64,000 bases of DNA from an uncultured Actinomycetes bacterium (GTDB lineage: Bacteria > Actinomycetota > Thermoleophilia > Solirubrobacterales > 70-9), in assembly GCA_963797665.1 (NCBI GenBank), contig CAWCQE010000023.1:219845-283844 (forward strand). Direction: 5' to 3'. The translations under genes and the position numbers were made by a program. How positions within the stretch are numbered: the first letter of the stretch is position 1; every line of letters begins with the position of its first letter. The notes under the pieces were generated by a model. The model ran no database searches. It was not told the DNA's origin and saw only the letters and a program-made list of their open reading frames with translations. Of the stretch, positions 62,185 through 64,000 are shown piece by piece.

Positions 62185-63096
62185 ATGGGCGATGATGCGG
62201 AGAGAAACGAACGCGAGCTTCGGGGGCTGCGCCTCGAGGTCGACGAGCAACGGCGCGATATTCGCAAGGCCGACGATCGAGAGCGCCGTCAGGACACGCT
62301 ATTAGCCCGCCTTCGCGACGAGGCGGCGGTGCGTGATGACGAGGCGGCCGCGCTGCAGGATCGTCTCGAGGCCGCCGAGCATGAGCTCGGGGACCTGCGC
62401 GCGATTCGGGATGCGCTTACCCCGCCCGAGTTGCCGCAGCGGCCCGGCTTGGATCTCGCCGCGGCCTTCTTGCCCGCCATCGCCGAACAGGTAAGCGGCG
62501 ACTTCTACGTGGTGGCTGAGGGGCCCCAGGATTCCACCGTTCTCGTAGTCGGCGATGTAGTCGGCCACGGTTTGAACGCGGCACGCCGTTCAGCGTTCGT
62601 TCGGACAGCGTTTGCCGCGACAGCCCCCTTCTCCGACGATCCGTGCCGGCTGCTGAGTTGGGCGAACACCGCCCTGGTCGAGCGGGCCGGCATCACCAGC
62701 GAGTTCGTCACCGCCGGCTGCGTTACGTATCTGCCGGACGAGCAGCTCCTGCGCTGGGCCTACGCCGGCCATCCCCGGGCGCTGTGGCTGGACAGCGGCC
62801 AGGAACTCGTGGCGCCCACGCAGGGAACCCCGCTCGGGATTCGGCCGGACCTGGGACTCACCGAAGGTTCGCAGCGGTCGGTGGCCGCCGCGGGAGTGCT
62901 GCTCTACACCGACGGCCTAACCGAAGCACGGGGCGCCGACAGGCGGTTCGGGATCGGCGGCGTCCGGGCCGCCCTGGGCGGCCTTAGCCGGCCCTCACCG
63001 GCCGAGGCGGTCGCCATCCTGCGCGCGCGCGTTGCCGACTTCGGGTACGGCGCCCTGACTGACGATCTCTGCCTACTGGCCGTCCGCGTCCGCTAG
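62185..63096 (+). CDS. PP2C-family Ser/Thr phosphatase (SpoIIE/RsbU-like) with N-terminal coiled-coil
   Basis: SGDFYVVAEGPQDSTVLVVGDVVGHGLNAARRSAFVRTAF (metal-binding D..GDV.GHG), ...LLYTDGLTEARG (second Asp block); N-terminal 100 aa Glu/Arg-rich coiled coil. Confidence 0.75.
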   Translation: MGDDAERNERELRGLRLEVDEQRRDIRKADDRERRQDTLLARLRDEAAVRDDEAAALQDRLEAAEHELGDLRAIRDALTPPELPQRPGLDLAAAFLPAIAEQVSGDFYVVAEGPQDSTVLVVGDVVGHGLNAARRSAFVRTAFAATAPFSDDPCRLLSWANTALVERAGITSEFVTAGCVTYLPDEQLLRWAYAGHPRALWLDSGQELVAPTQGTPLGIRPDLGLTEGSQRSVAAAGVLLYTDGLTEARGADRRFGIGGVRAALGGLSRPSPAEAVAILRARVADFGYGALTDDLCLLAVRVR

Positions 63097-63293
63097 CGAT
63101 TGAGCCGGTCAGTCGGACCCTGCTGCGCCAAGGGATCGGGCTGCACGCGGGCGAGGACGCGGCTGCCGTCTGCTTTGAGCACGATGCAGCCGACGTGGCC
63201 GGCGATCAGCGGCTCCAGTTCGCCTTTCAGGAGGTACCGCGAGGCCCTCGCCGTCGTTTTTCCGCACCCCTCAGCACCTATCTTCCTCGCTAG

Positions 63294-63441
63294 TGAGCGA
63301 GATATGGCGATGGTCAACAACACCCGAGAACAACGGGAGAACAACGGACCGAAGCCCCGAAGCTCTACACCGAGCTTGGTCCCGCCGAGGCTGCCCGGCG
63401 GACCGGGATTAAACGGGCGACGATCTCGAAGTAGGCTAGTC
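63294..63441 (+). pseudogene. Remnant of a transposase N-terminal helix-turn-helix (IS630/other HTH-first family?)
   Basis: MAMVNNTREQRENN... then, in +2 frame, ...EAPKLYTELGPAEAARRTGIKRATISK*; HTH-like (ELGPAEAARRTGIKRATISK) peptide with no downstream catalytic domain. Confidence 0.3.
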
Positions 63442-63750
63442 GCGAGGGCGTGACCTCCGACCGCGCGGAGCGCACTCGCAAGGCGACCGAGTTTCCTCGT
63501 TTGGCGGTTCCCGCCCTCGAAGCCGCCGGCCTCTCGCAGTAGGCGATATCGCAGGAGGACGCCGAGCGCATCCGTCGCGCCCTATGTCTGCAAACGAGAC
63601 GGTCCGACGACGGCGACGGAGCAGTTGTGGGCTGAGGACGCCCCTTATCGAGAGCGATCAACGCGGCACCGTCGGAACCTTGATCGCCGCGGGACGTGCG
63701 ATTTGGTTTCATTGCAAACGGGCAATCTCGCGAGTCTTGGGAGGTCGGTA

Positions 63751-64000
63751 ATGGCTGGTATTGAGGCCCTGGATTTCGATTCACCCGACGAGACGCGGAC
63801 ACCCGACAAGACCCGCGTCGACGTAATCCGGGTCGGGGGCACAACCGCCGCCCGGATGAGATTCGAACCGGGTTGGAGGTGGTCGGAGTGCGTGAAGCCG
63901 GTCGTTGGCACGGACAGCTGCCAGGTCCGACACGTGGGCGTGGTTCAATCCGGCAGGCTCCACGTCGTGCACGAGGACGGGACCGAGGTCGAGGTCGGGC
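63751..64000 (+). CDS. Cupin-domain protein (partial, runs off window end)
   Basis: GGAGGT RBS; MAGIEALDFDSPDETRTPDKTRVDVIRVGGTTAARMRFEPGWRWSECVKPVVGTDSCQVRHVGVVQSGRLHVVHEDGTEVEV has cupin beta-barrel pattern (…GW.W…H.G.V.SG.L.V…DG). Confidence 0.45.
   Translation, partial: MAGIEALDFDSPDETRTPDKTRVDVIRVGGTTAARMRFEPGWRWSECVKPVVGTDSCQVRHVGVVQSGRLHVVHEDGTEVEVG

Noticed and set aside
63093-63344. 83-aa minus-strand ORF (MFSRCSRVLLTIAISRSLARKIGAEGCGK…)
   Set aside because: No recognisable domain. It overlaps the region holding the transposase-HTH remnant on the other strand and has only weak coding signal.

Overview
The window is a 64 kb high-GC (about 70%) chromosomal segment that looks Actinobacteria-like (DUF3107, CGNR zinc finger, COG4941 sigma factor, ECF41-type sigma factor, fused cobA-hemD). 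Coordinates 1-46366 are core genome: C1 and M23 peptidases, ychF, PAP2 phosphatase, a DAG-kinase-like lipid kinase, BtrH_N/DUF4872 protein, methyltransferase, DUF3107, methylmalonyl-CoA epimerase, ftsH, DUF1385, M20 peptidase, rarA, aldehyde dehydrogenase, cupredoxin, a ccmA-ccmB-ccmC-ccmD + hemA-hemC-cobA/hemD operon, PAS-EAL protein, SAM hydroxide adenosyltransferase, birA, a large SF2 helicase, TlpA/CcmG-like lipoprotein, EamA transporter, nfeD-stomatin pair, galT-like gene, YciI/DGPF protein + COG4941 sigma factor, alpha/beta hydrolase, yccF, CGNR zinc finger protein, DUF899, ECF sigma factor with SnoaL-like extension, tetR-MFS divergon with palindromic operators, adenylate cyclase, dsbA, cNMP-binding::thioredoxin-reductase fusion and a zf-UBP protein. 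Many of these housekeeping genes (ychF, ftsH, rarA, aldehyde dehydrogenase, M20, nfeD, galT, sigma factor and others) carry apparent frameshifts, clustered at 1-17 kb and 25-35 kb; pervasive indel sequencing/assembly error is more plausible than real gene decay. A tRNA-Arg(CCT) gene at 46367-46440 is followed 55 bp downstream by a direct repeat of its 3' end. Beyond that (46.5-64 kb) lies a lower-GC accessory island. The island has an unusual architecture: duplicated partner-switching components (two STAS, two RsbW-like anti-sigma kinases, one PP2C phosphatase), two paralogous CEC-x4-C zinc-ribbon-like small proteins, four NTF2/SnoaL-like paralogs (one intact, two frameshifted, one 3' ghost), a patatin-like phospholipase, a truncated P-loop ATPase, DUF4389 membrane protein, PhoD-like phosphatase, CaCA antiporter, RNase H, gene fragments, a transposase HTH remnant, and at least 8 copies of a 26-bp palindromic hairpin repeat (consensus CTTCTGCTTTGCGCGAAAAGCAGAAG) including one MITE-like inverted pair. 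This island with its repeat family and modular small-protein/partner-switching units is the best candidate for an undescribed system.
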